Assembly (NCBI GenBank): GCA_003221455.1
Contig: QHRX01000024.1
Span: 1 to 62,706 of the forward strand
Source of the DNA: Candidatus Rokuibacteriota bacterium
GTDB taxonomy: Bacteria > Methylomirabilota > Methylomirabilia > Rokubacteriales > CSP1-6
Length of the DNA stretch: 62,706 nt
Reading direction: 5' to 3'
The notes beneath the pieces were generated by a model. It saw only the letters and a program-made list of their open reading frames with translations. It was not told the origin of the DNA and did no database searches. The stretch's first letter is position 1; each line of letters starts with the position of its first letter. Position numbers and translations under genes: made by a program. Shown in pieces: positions 42,569 through 53,545 of the stretch.

Positions 42569-43611
42569 TCAGAGGAGGCCGGCGGCCTTGCAGGCTCCCG
42601 CGTACGCCTGGGTACAGATCTGCTCCGCGGTCCAGAAGCCGTCCTTGATCACGGTGGCCTTGACGTTGGCCGCGGTGACCGCGACGGGATCGAGCAGGAT
42701 CGACGGCACGTCCCGCTTGCCGTTGTTGACGACCTTGCCCCGGGTCATGTCGGCGGGCACCGGCTTGCCCTCGAGCAGGAGGATGGCGAGCTCGGCGGCC
42801 GTCTCGGCCTCGGGCTTGATGGCCTTGTAGACCGTCATGTACTGCTCGCCCGTGAGGATCCGTTGGATGGCTGCCTGCTCGGCGTCCTGGCCGGTCACGG
42901 GCGGGAGCGGCTTGACCCCGGCGCCCTTCATGGCGGCGATGGCGCCGCCGGCCGTGCCGTCGTTGGCCGCGTACACGCCGTCGAGCCGCGTCTTGCCGAG
43001 CGCCGTCAGCGCCTGGGTCATCTCGTCCTGCGCCTTGTCGGGACTCCAGTCCGGCGTGTCGTACTCCTTCGCGATCGTGACCTTGCCCTCGAGGACGCTG
43101 TGGGCGCCGGCCTTGAAGAGCTTGGCGTTGTTGTCGGTCGGCGCCCCGTTGATCATCACGATCGTCGGGTCCTTCTTGCCCCCGAGCGCCGCGAGCAGCG
43201 CCTGCCCCTGCAGGGTGCCGACCCGCTCGTTGTCGAACGAGATGTAGTAGTCGACCGCGTCCGTGCCGAGGATCAGGCGGTCGTAGGAGACCACGGGCAC
43301 CTTCTGGGCCCGCGCCTTGTCGGCGATGGCCGCGGCGGCGGCGCCGTCGACGGCGTCGAGGACGAGCACGCGGGCGCCGTTGGTCAGCGCCGCCTCGGCC
43401 TGCGACTGCTGCTTATGATCTCGCAGCTGGCGCAGAGCTCCTTGATCCTCTTCTCGAAGAGCGGCCGGTCCTGGGTCTCGTAGCGCGCGGTCTTCGACTC
43501 CGGCAAGAGGAGCGCCACGACCTTCTTACCTCCGCCCTGCTGACAGCCGCCTAGGCCCAGCAGGACGACCACCAGCCACTCGATTCCTCGCCTCATGCCG
43601 CGCGTCTTCAC
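42569..43611 (-). pseudogene. xylF: Xylose-type sugar-binding lipoprotein (XylF-like), frameshifted
   Basis: The 5' part (LLLPESKTARYETQDRP...CASCEI) and the 3' part (KQQSQAEAALTNGARVLVLDAVD...) are in different frames with a junction at 43415/43414. RBS AGGAGG. Confidence 0.8.
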
Positions 43612-43796
43612 GGTTTTCCTCCTGTTCGCCGCGGTGCGCTTGGATCCAGACCCCTCGTTTCGACCGGCTGAGCGTAGACAGGGTTGCGCAGGGTCGTCAA
43701 GGCCCTATCTTAGGGATCCTAATCCTGGGGAGGCCCCGACGGGGGATGATGCCGAGGTGGAGCCAGCCCTCGGGGGCTGGCAGAAGGGGGTGTCGC

Positions 43797-44018
43797 ATGG
43801 CGGCGATTTTGAACGCGGGGGCGAGTATCTTCGACAAGGCGCTCGACGACTTCCTGGGGGAGGCGCTCAAGATCTTCGAGGATCGCTTGCGCCACGAGGG
43901 GTCTGCCGACGGCACCGTCGAGGTCCGAGAGCTGGGGGCGCGGCAATTTGTCGACTTTCTGTTCGGGAGGTTTCAGCCGGCGTCGGGAGGGGGCGCGCGG
44001 CGGGGCAAGCGTTCCTGA
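43797..44018 (+). CDS. Small hypothetical protein
   Basis: 73 aa amphipathic helical sequence (IFDKALDDFLGEALKIFEDRL) with a purine-rich RBS. Confidence 0.55.
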   Translation: MAAILNAGASIFDKALDDFLGEALKIFEDRLRHEGSADGTVEVRELGARQFVDFLFGRFQPASGGGARRGKRS

Positions 44019-44025
44019 GCCGCCC

Positions 44026-45330
44026 TCAGGGCGGGCTCGGAGCCCCGGCGTGGCGCGGGTCGCGGACGCGCGCGACCAGGAGTGCGAGCGCGATCAGCCC
44101 GAACAGCGTGGAGACGGCGAAGGTCCAGCCGAAGCCGAGCCGGTCGGCGGCCACCCCGGCCAGGAGGGGCGCCGCGAACGCCGCCGGCGCGAGGAAGGTG
44201 TTGCCCAAGCCGACGTAGGTCGGCCGCAGCTCGACCGTGGGCGCGAACTCGAGCAGCACGGGGAGCCACGAGACGTTGATGGCGGCGACCTGCACCCCGT
44301 AGAGGACGAAGACCGCCAGGAAGGTCCGGAGGGAGGGCGCCAGGAGCGCGAGGACGTTCGCCAGGACTGACGCCGCGACGCCCGCGATGATGACGAGGCG
44401 GTGGCCGGCCCGATCGGCGAGCCACCCGAGGGCGACGTTGCCCGCGGTCTGGCCCAGGAGCAGCACCGTCGTGAATACCCCCACCTCCCACGCCGGCGCC
44501 GCCCACGCGCGGAGCGCGTAGACCGTGTAGAAGCCGCTCGCCATCGCGCCGAACGCGGCCAGGCCGCGGGCGAGCAGGAACCAGGCGAGGTTCGGCTCCG
44601 CCCGCAGGAGGCCGGGGACCTGCCGGAGGTGGGCGGCGAGCGGCACGGCGCCGGCCGGGGGCGCCGCCGGGGGCTCCCGCGTGGCCGCCAGCGCGGCGAA
44701 CGAGAGCGCCATGAAGAGCGCGCCGCCGAGGAAGCAGACGCCGTAGCCGGCCGGCGCCGGGACCGTCGCCAGGATGTACGTCGTCGCCAGGCCGCCGCCG
44801 AGGCCGCCGACGCTCCCGAGCACGCTCGCCGCCGCGAAGAACCGGCCGCGCAGCCGCGTGGGGATGCTGCGGCCGACGACGTCGAGCCAGGCCGGCATCA
44901 GCGCGCCGCCGACGGTGGTCAGCAGGAGCAGCATGAGGAGCACGAGGGCCTGGGCGAGGGCCGGCGCCCGAGCCGCGAGAAAGAAGGCGACGAACGCCAA
45001 CCCGAGCAGCGGGAGGCGCTCCCAGATCGTGTAGCGGAGGACGAACGGGAGCTTCCGCGGCAGCGCCTGCGTGTGGCCCGCCACGAAGAGCGAGGGCAGG
45101 AACCACCCGGCCGTCATGACGGCGGGGATCGCGCCGACGACCACGTTCGGGGCGCCGAGAGAGGCGACGAACGCCGGCAGGACGGTGGACTGCGACCCGA
45201 ACGACAGACCGATCAGAAAGAGCCCGAGGTCTCCGCCGAGCGCCAGGAGGTTCCGGCGGAGGTGCGGCACCTCGAGCGCGTCGTCGTCGCGGGCCGCCGG
45301 CGCCGGCAGGCCGAGTCGGCCGAGCGTCAC
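44026..45330 (-). CDS. MFS transporter
   Basis: About 12 TM segments; motif A variants GWLADRAGHR and GVAADRLG. Confidence 0.88.
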   Translation of the reverse strand: MTLGRLGLPAPAARDDDALEVPHLRRNLLALGGDLGLFLIGLSFGSQSTVLPAFVASLGAPNVVVGAIPAVMTAGWFLPSLFVAGHTQALPRKLPFVLRYTIWERLPLLGLAFVAFFLAARAPALAQALVLLMLLLLTTVGGALMPAWLDVVGRSIPTRLRGRFFAAASVLGSVGGLGGGLATTYILATVPAPAGYGVCFLGGALFMALSFAALAATREPPAAPPAGAVPLAAHLRQVPGLLRAEPNLAWFLLARGLAAFGAMASGFYTVYALRAWAAPAWEVGVFTTVLLLGQTAGNVALGWLADRAGHRLVIIAGVAASVLANVLALLAPSLRTFLAVFVLYGVQVAAINVSWLPVLLEFAPTVELRPTYVGLGNTFLAPAAFAAPLLAGVAADRLGFGWTFAVSTLFGLIALALLVARVRDPRHAGAPSPP

Positions 45331-45773
45331 ACGCTCGGGCCGCGCCCGGTCCGGTAGCGATCCCGCGGCTCGCGCCTCGGAAGCGTGCCGCAGGCCTGCG
45401 TCGGCGGCCCGGGGAGGCGGACGAAGGGCCCGACGGACCGGAAATCGCCGCGGATCGCCGCGAGGTGGGCGCCGAGCTCCCCGCCGTCGATCAGGATCAT
45501 GGCGTCGGCGCTGTCCCGCTCGGGCTCACGCGGGTGCAGCCGCGCGTTCAGCGGCTCCAGGCGAGGCGCCCGGGGGCGGGCCGGGCGGCGCGGGTCAGCC
45601 GGTCGCCGACGTGCACCCGATCTCCCCGGTCTCGCCGCCGGGCGCAGGGCTGTTGACGGATCGGCGCCGTGCCCCCAGAATGGCCGTGCCGTCGCTGACG
45701 GCGATCGAGACGACGGCCGGCTCCATGGTGGTCGAATGCTAGCACAGCGCCGGCGTCGGGAGAGGCGGGCGCA

Positions 45774-47051
45774 ATGAGCGTGCTCCGCATCACGAACGTC
45801 AAGGTCCTCGACGGCAGCGGCGGGCTGCCGTTTCTGGGCGAGGTGCTGGTCGAGGGCAACCGGATCGCCGCCGTCGCTCCTCCCGGGGGGACCCCGCCCC
45901 GTGACGGCGTCGACGTGATCGACGGCGGCGGCGCGACGCTGATGCCGGGCCTGACCGAGCCCCACGCCCACGCGACCTTCCCGGACGCCGCGTCGATCGC
46001 CGACTTCACGAGCCTTCCCCCCGAGGAACACACGCTCGTGTCCATGCACAATGCGCGGACGTTCCTCGAGTGCGGCTACACGAGCTGCGTCTCGGCGGCC
46101 TCGGCCAAGCCGCGGCTCGACGTCGCGATTCGCAACGAGATCGAGGCGGGCCGGATTCCCGGGCCCCGGTACCTCGCCAACAGCCCGGAGATCACCGTGA
46201 CCGGGGGACTCGGCGACACGAACCAGCTGCACCTGCCCTACCATCCGAACCCGACGTTCAGCTGCGTGGTGAACGGTCCGGACGAAGTGCGCCGGCTCTG
46301 CCGCCTGCTCGTCCGGGAGGGCGTCGACCTCTTGAAGCTCAACATCTCAGGCGACGAGTTCTCGCCCTCCGCCCGGGCCGAGGCGACCGTGATGACCGAC
46401 GCCGAGGTGGCGGCCTGCGTCGAGGTCGCCGCCTCCCGCGGGCTCCGTGTCTGCGCCCACGCCCGGAGCGCGGAATCGGTCAAGATGTGCGTGCGGCACG
46501 GGATCGAGATCGTCTACCACGCGAACTACGCGGACGAAGAGGCGCTCGACCTCCTCGAAGCCGGCCGCGACCGCTTCTTCGTCGTCCCCGCGATCGGGCC
46601 CACCTGGAACCTCTGCCACGGCACCGGCAGCCCCTGGGGCCTCACGCCGGAGGTGGTGAGGGCGCGCGGACTCGAGCGCGAGCTCGAGGTGTCCGTCGAT
46701 ACCATCGGCCGGATGCGTAAGCGCGGGATCCGCGTGCTGCCGGGCGGAGACTACGGCTTCGCCTGGAACCCGCACGGCACCTACGCGCGGGACCTCGGGC
46801 ACTTCGTCGACTTCCTCGGCTTCTCGCCGATGGAGACGCTCGTGGCGGCGACCCGGTTCGGCGCCGAGATCATGCGGCGGGCCGACGACCTTGGCCAGGT
46901 CAAGCCGGGTTACTGCGCGGACCTCCTCCTCGTCCAGGGCGACCCCCTCGACGACATCCGGATCCTGGAGGACCGGGCGCGGATCCTCATGATCATGAAG
47001 GACGGCCGGCTCCACAAGGCGCCGGGCCGGGCCCTCTCGAGTCGTCAGTAG
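45774..47051 (+). CDS. Metal-dependent amidohydrolase (prolidase/imidazolonepropionase-like)
   Basis: Motifs LMPGLTEPHAH, CAHA, YHA, GGDYG and ADLLLVQGDP. Confidence 0.9.
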   Translation: MSVLRITNVKVLDGSGGLPFLGEVLVEGNRIAAVAPPGGTPPRDGVDVIDGGGATLMPGLTEPHAHATFPDAASIADFTSLPPEEHTLVSMHNARTFLECGYTSCVSAASAKPRLDVAIRNEIEAGRIPGPRYLANSPEITVTGGLGDTNQLHLPYHPNPTFSCVVNGPDEVRRLCRLLVREGVDLLKLNISGDEFSPSARAEATVMTDAEVAACVEVAASRGLRVCAHARSAESVKMCVRHGIEIVYHANYADEEALDLLEAGRDRFFVVPAIGPTWNLCHGTGSPWGLTPEVVRARGLERELEVSVDTIGRMRKRGIRVLPGGDYGFAWNPHGTYARDLGHFVDFLGFSPMETLVAATRFGAEIMRRADDLGQVKPGYCADLLLVQGDPLDDIRILEDRARILMIMKDGRLHKAPGRALSSRQ

Positions 47052-47082
47052 CGCTTCGGGCCCGCCCGCCGAGCTCGATCCG

Positions 47083-47334
47083 TCAGTCGCCCGCGCGACC
47101 GCCCCCCGACCGCGCGGCGCCGGCGGCCAGGTCGGGCTCGTCCGCCCCCGGCGGCTCGGACGTACCGAAGTAGTCGATGGTGCGGTCGATGGCCCGCGAA
47201 TGGTCCGTCTTGAACAGGTCACGGCAGGCCGCGCGGTCGCGGATCCGGCGGCGGCCCAGACCGCCACGGCCCGGGCCGGGTCCGGCGACCAGGCTCGTGC
47301 CGCCTGTGGGCCACTCCCCGAGTGCCTTCGTCAC
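47083..47334 (-). CDS. Possible small hypothetical protein
   Basis: GGAGG before the GTG; contains ACRDLFKTDHSRAIDRTIDYF but is otherwise low complexity. Confidence 0.25.
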   Translation of the reverse strand: MTKALGEWPTGGTSLVAGPGPGRGGLGRRRIRDRAACRDLFKTDHSRAIDRTIDYFGTSEPPGADEPDLAAGAARSGGGRAGD

Positions 47335-47706
47335 AGCCTCCCTCCCCGCTCGCGGCGGTCCAGCAGGAGCGCTCTCGTCGCCGCGCTCACTGGTCGTGCC
47401 CACGGCGTCCCTCGGCCTACACGCTAGCTTTCGACCCAGACGGAAAGAATCAGGTGAAGAGCCTGATCGGCGCGGGGAAAGTCCCTGAACGGCGCTACGG
47501 CGGGTCCGGCACTCCCGGTCTCCGGCAGAGGGACCGATCGCTTCCGGGTCCGGGATGGGGAGCCTCTCACGCGGACCGCCCCGCCGGCCGATCCGCGCGG
47601 ACTGCCGGAGGGCGGTCGCGGCGTGGCGACGGGGCGCCGGATCGCCGCGGGCGGCTCCCTCAGTACGGCAGAGACGCCCCGGGCGACCGTCGCCCAGGAC
47701 CGGCCG

Positions 47707-48120
47707 TCAGGCGACGCCCAAGAGCTTGCCGGCGCGGACGAAGTTGCGCGGCTCGACCCAGAGGATCACCCCGTAGCGGCCGGCGCCGGCGCAGACGGCG
47801 TCGAGGGCGACGATGTTGATCTTCGCATCGCCCAATTGCCGCACCACCTCGGCGACAGCGCCGACGCGGTCCTGGCCCTGGAGCAGGAACGCTCGCTTGG
47901 GCCCGACGAGCTTCCAGCCGGCCTTGTGGGCGACCCGCCGGAAGGTCCCCGGGTCCTCGGGGACGAAGTCGAGCTGGGTCCGCCGCCCCTGGGGGAAGCC
48001 CGAGAAGGCTAGGAGATTCACCCCCTCCTGCTGGAGCGTCGCCAGCGCCCGCGCCCCCTCCCCTGGCCGATTGGCCACCTGGATGTAGAAGTAGTCGACG
48101 CGGCGAATCGTGTCGGCCAT
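47707..48120 (-). CDS. ACT-domain (tandem ACT) protein
   Basis: NRPGEGARAL...GVNLLAF and DRVGAVAEV...KINI; RBS GGAGG. Confidence 0.8.
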   Translation of the reverse strand: MADTIRRVDYFYIQVANRPGEGARALATLQQEGVNLLAFSGFPQGRRTQLDFVPEDPGTFRRVAHKAGWKLVGPKRAFLLQGQDRVGAVAEVVRQLGDAKINIVALDAVCAGAGRYGVILWVEPRNFVRAGKLLGVA

Positions 48121-48169
48121 GCTCTGCCTCCTCGACGGAGCCAGCCCCGGGCGGTATGCTCGTCCCGCC

Positions 48170-49087
48170 ATGCGCATCTGCTCGCTCCTGCCGAGCGCGA
48201 CCGAGATCGTGTTCGCGCTCGGCCTGGGCGACCGGCTGGTGGCGGTCACCCACGAATGCGACTTCCCCGAGGCGGCGCGCGGGCTCCCCGTCGTTACGCG
48301 CAGCATTATGCCCCACCGAGACGGGGCGAGTCGGGAGATCCACACCCACATCGCCCGCGCCCTCCACGCGGGCAGCAGCATCTATGCCCTCGATGAGGCG
48401 ACCCTCGAGCGGCTCGACCCCGACCTGATCCTGACGCAGGAGCTGTGCGAGGTCTGCGCGGTCTCCTCCCGCGAGGTGCGGAAGGCCGCCGGTCGGCTGG
48501 CCGGCCGGCCGACGATCCTCTCGCTCGAGCCCACGAGCCTCGGCGGTGTCCTGGAGACGATCGAGCAGGTGGGCGGGGCGGCCGGCGTGGACGAGCGCGC
48601 CCGGGCGGTCGTCGCCGGGCTCCGCTCCCGCTTGGAGAGGGTGGCGGCCCGGGCGCGCGCGGCGACCGCGCGGCCGCGCGTGTTCGCGATGGAATGGCTC
48701 GACCCGCCCTTCAGCGCGGGCCACTGGGTGCCCGAGATGGTGCGGCTCGCCGGCGGCGTGGAGGGCCTCGGCCGCGAGGCGCGGCCGTCGACGGTCGTCG
48801 GCTGGGACGAGGTCGCCCACTGGGATCCCGAGATCATCGTCCTCATGCCGTGCGGCATGAGCCTCGACCGGACGCTCGCCGAGCTTCCGCGGGTGAGCCT
48901 GCCCGACGCGTGGCGCCGCCTGGCGGCGGTCCGCGCGGGCCACCTCTACGCGGTCGACGGCGCCGCCTACTTCAACCGGCCGGGGCCGCGCGTCGTCGAC
49001 GGCCTCGAGATCCTGGCGGAGATCATCCATCCGGAGGTCTTCCCCCGCCTGGCCCGCGGCGGCTGGCAGCGCCTCCCCGCCTCGTGA
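48170..49087 (+). CDS. Cobalamin/Fe-siderophore-binding protein family (BtuF-like)
   Basis: Motifs MRICSLLPSATEI, VTHECDFP, EWLDPPF..GHW and YFNRPGPR; no obvious signal peptide. Confidence 0.85.
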   Translation: MRICSLLPSATEIVFALGLGDRLVAVTHECDFPEAARGLPVVTRSIMPHRDGASREIHTHIARALHAGSSIYALDEATLERLDPDLILTQELCEVCAVSSREVRKAAGRLAGRPTILSLEPTSLGGVLETIEQVGGAAGVDERARAVVAGLRSRLERVAARARAATARPRVFAMEWLDPPFSAGHWVPEMVRLAGGVEGLGREARPSTVVGWDEVAHWDPEIIVLMPCGMSLDRTLAELPRVSLPDAWRRLAAVRAGHLYAVDGAAYFNRPGPRVVDGLEILAEIIHPEVFPRLARGGWQRLPAS

Positions 49088-49185
49088 CCTCGGCGGGGGC
49101 CCGCGCGGCGGCCCGGCCGGGGCCGGGCCGATGACCGCCCGCGCTCGGTCCCGATCGCCGCGCGCGAGCGGCCGGACAGAGACCC

Positions 49186-49920
49186 TCAGCGCCAGCGGTT
49201 GAGGCGCTCGCCGAGCCCGTCGAGGACGAGCCCGATGGCGATCGCCACCGCCGACACGAGCAAGGTCAAGGCGAACAGCTCGGGCGCCTGGAAGGCGTTG
49301 GCGAAGGCCGAAAGCTCAAAGCCCATGCCCCGCACGCCGGCGAACATCTCGACGACCAGGACGCCGAGGAGGGCGAAGACGATCCCCAGGCGCATCGCGG
49401 CGAGGACGGCGGGGACGATCGCGGGCAGGATCACCCGCGAGTAGAGCTGCCACGGCCGGGCGCCGAAGGCGCGCGCGGTGGTGATGAGGCTCCGGTCCAC
49501 GTCGCGCACGCCCCCGATGACCAGGAGCAGGACGGGGAAGAGCCCGTGGAGGGTCCCGTACACGACCGCCGGCGTCGCGCCCGTGCCGAGGATCAGGACG
49601 ATCCAGGGCAGCACCAGGATCTTCGGCAGCCCGTAGGCGGCGAGCAGGAACGGGCTCAGCACGTCGCCGAGGAAGCGCCGCGCGCCGATGACGAGCCCGA
49701 GGCCGACGCCGAGGCCGACGGACAGCGCGTAGGCGACAAAGGCCGTCGCCACCGTCCGACCCAGCGCCGGCAGCGCCTCGCCGAGGACCTGGCCGAGGGC
49801 CGCGGCGACCGCGGTCGGCGCCGGGACGAAGAGCGGATCGACGAGCCGCGCGCGGGCGGCCCCTTCCCAGAGGAGGAGCGCCGCCCCCACGCTCGCCGCC
49901 TGGAGGGCGCGGATCGTCAC
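49186..49920 (-). CDS. NitT/TauT-family ABC permease
   Basis: Motifs LPKILVLP, TARAFGA and VEMF. Confidence 0.88.
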   Translation of the reverse strand: MTIRALQAASVGAALLLWEGAARARLVDPLFVPAPTAVAAALGQVLGEALPALGRTVATAFVAYALSVGLGVGLGLVIGARRFLGDVLSPFLLAAYGLPKILVLPWIVLILGTGATPAVVYGTLHGLFPVLLLVIGGVRDVDRSLITTARAFGARPWQLYSRVILPAIVPAVLAAMRLGIVFALLGVLVVEMFAGVRGMGFELSAFANAFQAPELFALTLLVSAVAIAIGLVLDGLGERLNRWR

Positions 49921-50665
49921 GCCCAGCGCCGCCGCGCGCGCCGCTCGGCGAGCCCCGCGGCCGCGTCGATCGCGAGGACGATCGCGAGCGTCACGAGCAC
50001 GAGGGCGACGTAATCGGCGGTGCGCAGGAGGCCGTAGGCGTAGGTGATCAGGTAGCCGAGCCCAGCCGTGGAGCCGAGCACCTCGCCCACGATGACGCCG
50101 ACGACCGTGAGCGCGAGCCCGGCGCGGAGCCCGCCCGTCAGGGTCGAGAGCATTGAGGGCAGCATCACCGTCCGAAACACCCGGCCGGGCCCGGCGCCGA
50201 AGGCCCGGGCCACCGTCACGAGCTCGCGGCTCACCTGGCGGACTCCGGCGAGCACGGCCAGCACGACCGGATAGACGCCGAGCAGGAACCCGAAGGCGAT
50301 CTTCGAGGCCGCGCCGAGGCCGAAGAGCAGCATGAGCGAGGGATACCAGACGACGCTCGGCACCGCGTAGAGCGCGCCGAGCAACGGGGCGTAGACCCGC
50401 CCGAGCGTCGGCCGAAGACCGAGGACCGCGCCCACGGCGAGGCCCACGCCGACCGCCAGCGCGTACGCCACGAGGATCTCTCGGAGCGTCAGCCAGACGT
50501 GCTCGGGCAGGAGGGGAAAGGACCGGAGCAGGAGGAGCCGGGCGAGCGCCGGCAGCACGCGCGAGGGCGGAATGTAGAGGAGCGGGTCCCGCGCGCGGGC
50601 CGCGACCTCCCAGGCCAGCACGACGCCGAGCCCGAGGGCGGCCCGCGCCGCGAGCACCCGGCCGA

Positions 50666-50669
<4 letters not shown>
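49917..50669 (-). CDS. NitT/TauT-family ABC permease
   Basis: Motifs VARAFGA and VGEVLGSTAGLGY. Confidence 0.88.
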
Positions 50670-51442
<773 letters not shown>

Positions 51443-52381
51443 TTAGGGAGCGAGCACGATCGTCCGGAGCGGCGAGCCGGTCGCCCCCTGGATCTTGAGC
51501 GGCGTCATGACCAGGACCGCGACGTACACCCGCGCGTCCGACAGCGGCTCGAGGTTCGCCGTCTCGACGATGTAGATGCCGCTGTCGGCGAGGAGCATCA
51601 TGTGGACGCTGAACAGTTCCTTGCCGTAGGCGGCCGGCCGCCGCTCGAAGGTCGCGGTGTCGTCGCCGGCCAGCCGCACGCCCTTGGCGATGATCCAGCG
51701 GGCGCCGTCGGGGCCGGGGCCCGGCGACTGCGCGCCGAGGTACTTGTCGCGCTGGGTGAAGAACTGGCCAAAGCCGGTCCGGATCAAGAGGGAATCGCCG
51801 CGCCGCACCTCGACCCCCTGCGCGCGCATGGTCGCCTCGAGGTGCTCGCCCTTGATCTCGAAGTCTCCCGGGAGCGGATCGGGGCGGCCGCCGGCCACGT
51901 GGCGGGCGACGTCGAGGAAGACGACGCGGTTGACCAGGAGGTCCGCGGGGAAGGCCTCGATGCCGAGATCGGCGCCGATGCCGCCCGGCGTGGAGGTCGC
52001 CGCCAGCGCGTCGACGCCGCCGTGGAGCCGGAGGTTCCGCCCGATGTGCCCGATCGCGTCGATCGTCGGCGAGCCGTGCTGGCCGCTGAAGTACATGATG
52101 TCCGACGCCCAGGAGAGCTGGCTGCCCGGCGCCTGGCCGAAGAACTCGTGGGTCATCTTGTGCGTGCGGTTGAGGGCAAAGGCGTAGGGCGGGTTGAGCC
52201 CGAGCACGGGCGACTGCTCGGTCCAGACGAAGGAGAGGTCGAAGACGCGCGCGCCCTTGACCGTGTGCACGAAGTCGTCGACGCCCGCTGCCCCCTCCGC
52301 GCGCGCCGGGCTCGAGAGCGCGGCGGCGGCCGCCAGGGTGCCCGCGGCCGTGAGCCACTGCCGACGTGAGTGGTCGCTCAT
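51443..52381 (-). CDS. Cyclase (kynurenine formamidase-like) family protein with a Tat signal
   Basis: SRRQWL twin-arginine signal; motifs QHGSPTIDAIGH, GDSLLIRTG, VH..LL, YIVE and PLKIQGATGSP. Confidence 0.85.
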   Translation of the reverse strand: MSDHSRRQWLTAAGTLAAAAALSSPARAEGAAGVDDFVHTVKGARVFDLSFVWTEQSPVLGLNPPYAFALNRTHKMTHEFFGQAPGSQLSWASDIMYFSGQHGSPTIDAIGHIGRNLRLHGGVDALAATSTPGGIGADLGIEAFPADLLVNRVVFLDVARHVAGGRPDPLPGDFEIKGEHLEATMRAQGVEVRRGDSLLIRTGFGQFFTQRDKYLGAQSPGPGPDGARWIIAKGVRLAGDDTATFERRPAAYGKELFSVHMMLLADSGIYIVETANLEPLSDARVYVAVLVMTPLKIQGATGSPLRTIVLAP

Positions 52382-52399
52382 AGATGCCTCCTGGGTGGA

Positions 52400-53545
52400 C
52401 TACTTGAGCTGCAGGATCTCCCGCGCGATCACGAGCCGCTGGACCTCAGAGGTGCCTTCGCCGATCTCCGTCAGCTTGGCGTCCCGGAAGATGCGCTCCA
52501 CCGGGAAGTCGGTGACGTAGCCGGCCCCGCCGTGGATCTGCACGGCCTTCGAGGCCGCCTTCATCGCGACCTCCGACGCGAACACCTTCGCCATCGCCGC
52601 CGTGTGCCGGACCGGCTGCCCCGCGTCCTTGAGCCAGGCGGCGCGGTGGGTCAGGAGCCGCGCCGCCTCGATCTCGGTCGCGAGCTCGGCGACCATCCCC
52701 TGGAGCCCGTTGAACTCGGCGAGCGTCTGGCCGAACGCGGTCCGCTGCTTCATGTACGTCACGGCCGCGTCGAGCGCGCCCTGGGCGATGCCGACCGCCA
52801 TCGCCGCCATCGCGATGCGGCCGCCCTCGAGCACCTGCATGGCCTGCACGAAGCCCAGGTGGAGCTCGCCGACCAGGTTGGCGGCGGGAACGCGGGCCCC
52901 GTCGAGGACCAGCTCGGCCGTGTCCGACGCCCGCAGGCCGAGCTTCCGGTAGCGCTGGCCCGCGGTGAAGCCCGGCGTCCCCTTCTCCAGGATGAAGGCC
53001 GAGATGCCCCGCTGGCGCTTCGGCGGGTCGGTGATCGCCATGACGACCGCGACCTGGCCGACGCTCGCATTCGTGATGAAGGCCTTGGTTCCGGTGAGCA
53101 CCCATTCGCCCTCGTCCCGGACGGCGCGCGTCCGCATCGCGGCCGCGTCCGACCCGGAGCCGGGCTCGGTCAGGCCCCAGGCGCCGAGCGCCTGGCCGCT
53201 GGCGAGCCGGGGCAGATACGTCTCCTTCTGCTCCCGTGAGCCGAACAGCAGGATGTGGCCCGTGCAGAGCGAGTTGTGGGCCCACATCGTCATGCCGACG
53301 GAGGCGTCACCCCGGCAGAGCTCTTCCACGATGAGCGCGTAGGAGACGTGGTCGAGCCCGGCGCCGCCGTACTCGGGCGGCACGAGCGCGCCGAGGAAGC
53401 CCTGGTCGCCGAGCCTGCCGACGATCGCGTGGGGGAACTCGTGGCGCTCGTCCCAGGGGGCGATCTTTTGGCCGAGCTCCGCCGTGGCGAACTCGCGGGC
53501 GACGGCGCGGATCCGGGCCTGGTCCGGGGTGGGGTCGAGGTTCAC
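52400..53545 (-). CDS. Acyl-CoA dehydrogenase
   Basis: Motifs LTEPGSGSDA, GTKAFITN, QIHGGAGY and IGEGTSEVQR. Confidence 0.93.
   Translation of the reverse strand: MNLDPTPDQARIRAVAREFATAELGQKIAPWDERHEFPHAIVGRLGDQGFLGALVPPEYGGAGLDHVSYALIVEELCRGDASVGMTMWAHNSLCTGHILLFGSREQKETYLPRLASGQALGAWGLTEPGSGSDAAAMRTRAVRDEGEWVLTGTKAFITNASVGQVAVVMAITDPPKRQRGISAFILEKGTPGFTAGQRYRKLGLRASDTAELVLDGARVPAANLVGELHLGFVQAMQVLEGGRIAMAAMAVGIAQGALDAAVTYMKQRTAFGQTLAEFNGLQGMVAELATEIEAARLLTHRAAWLKDAGQPVRHTAAMAKVFASEVAMKAASKAVQIHGGAGYVTDFPVERIFRDAKLTEIGEGTSEVQRLVIAREILQLK

Noticed and set aside
45331-45773. Protein-like fragments on the minus strand (e.g. MILIDGGELGAHLAAIRGDF)
   Set aside because: Could be a decayed gene, but no family can be assigned and the frames are inconsistent.
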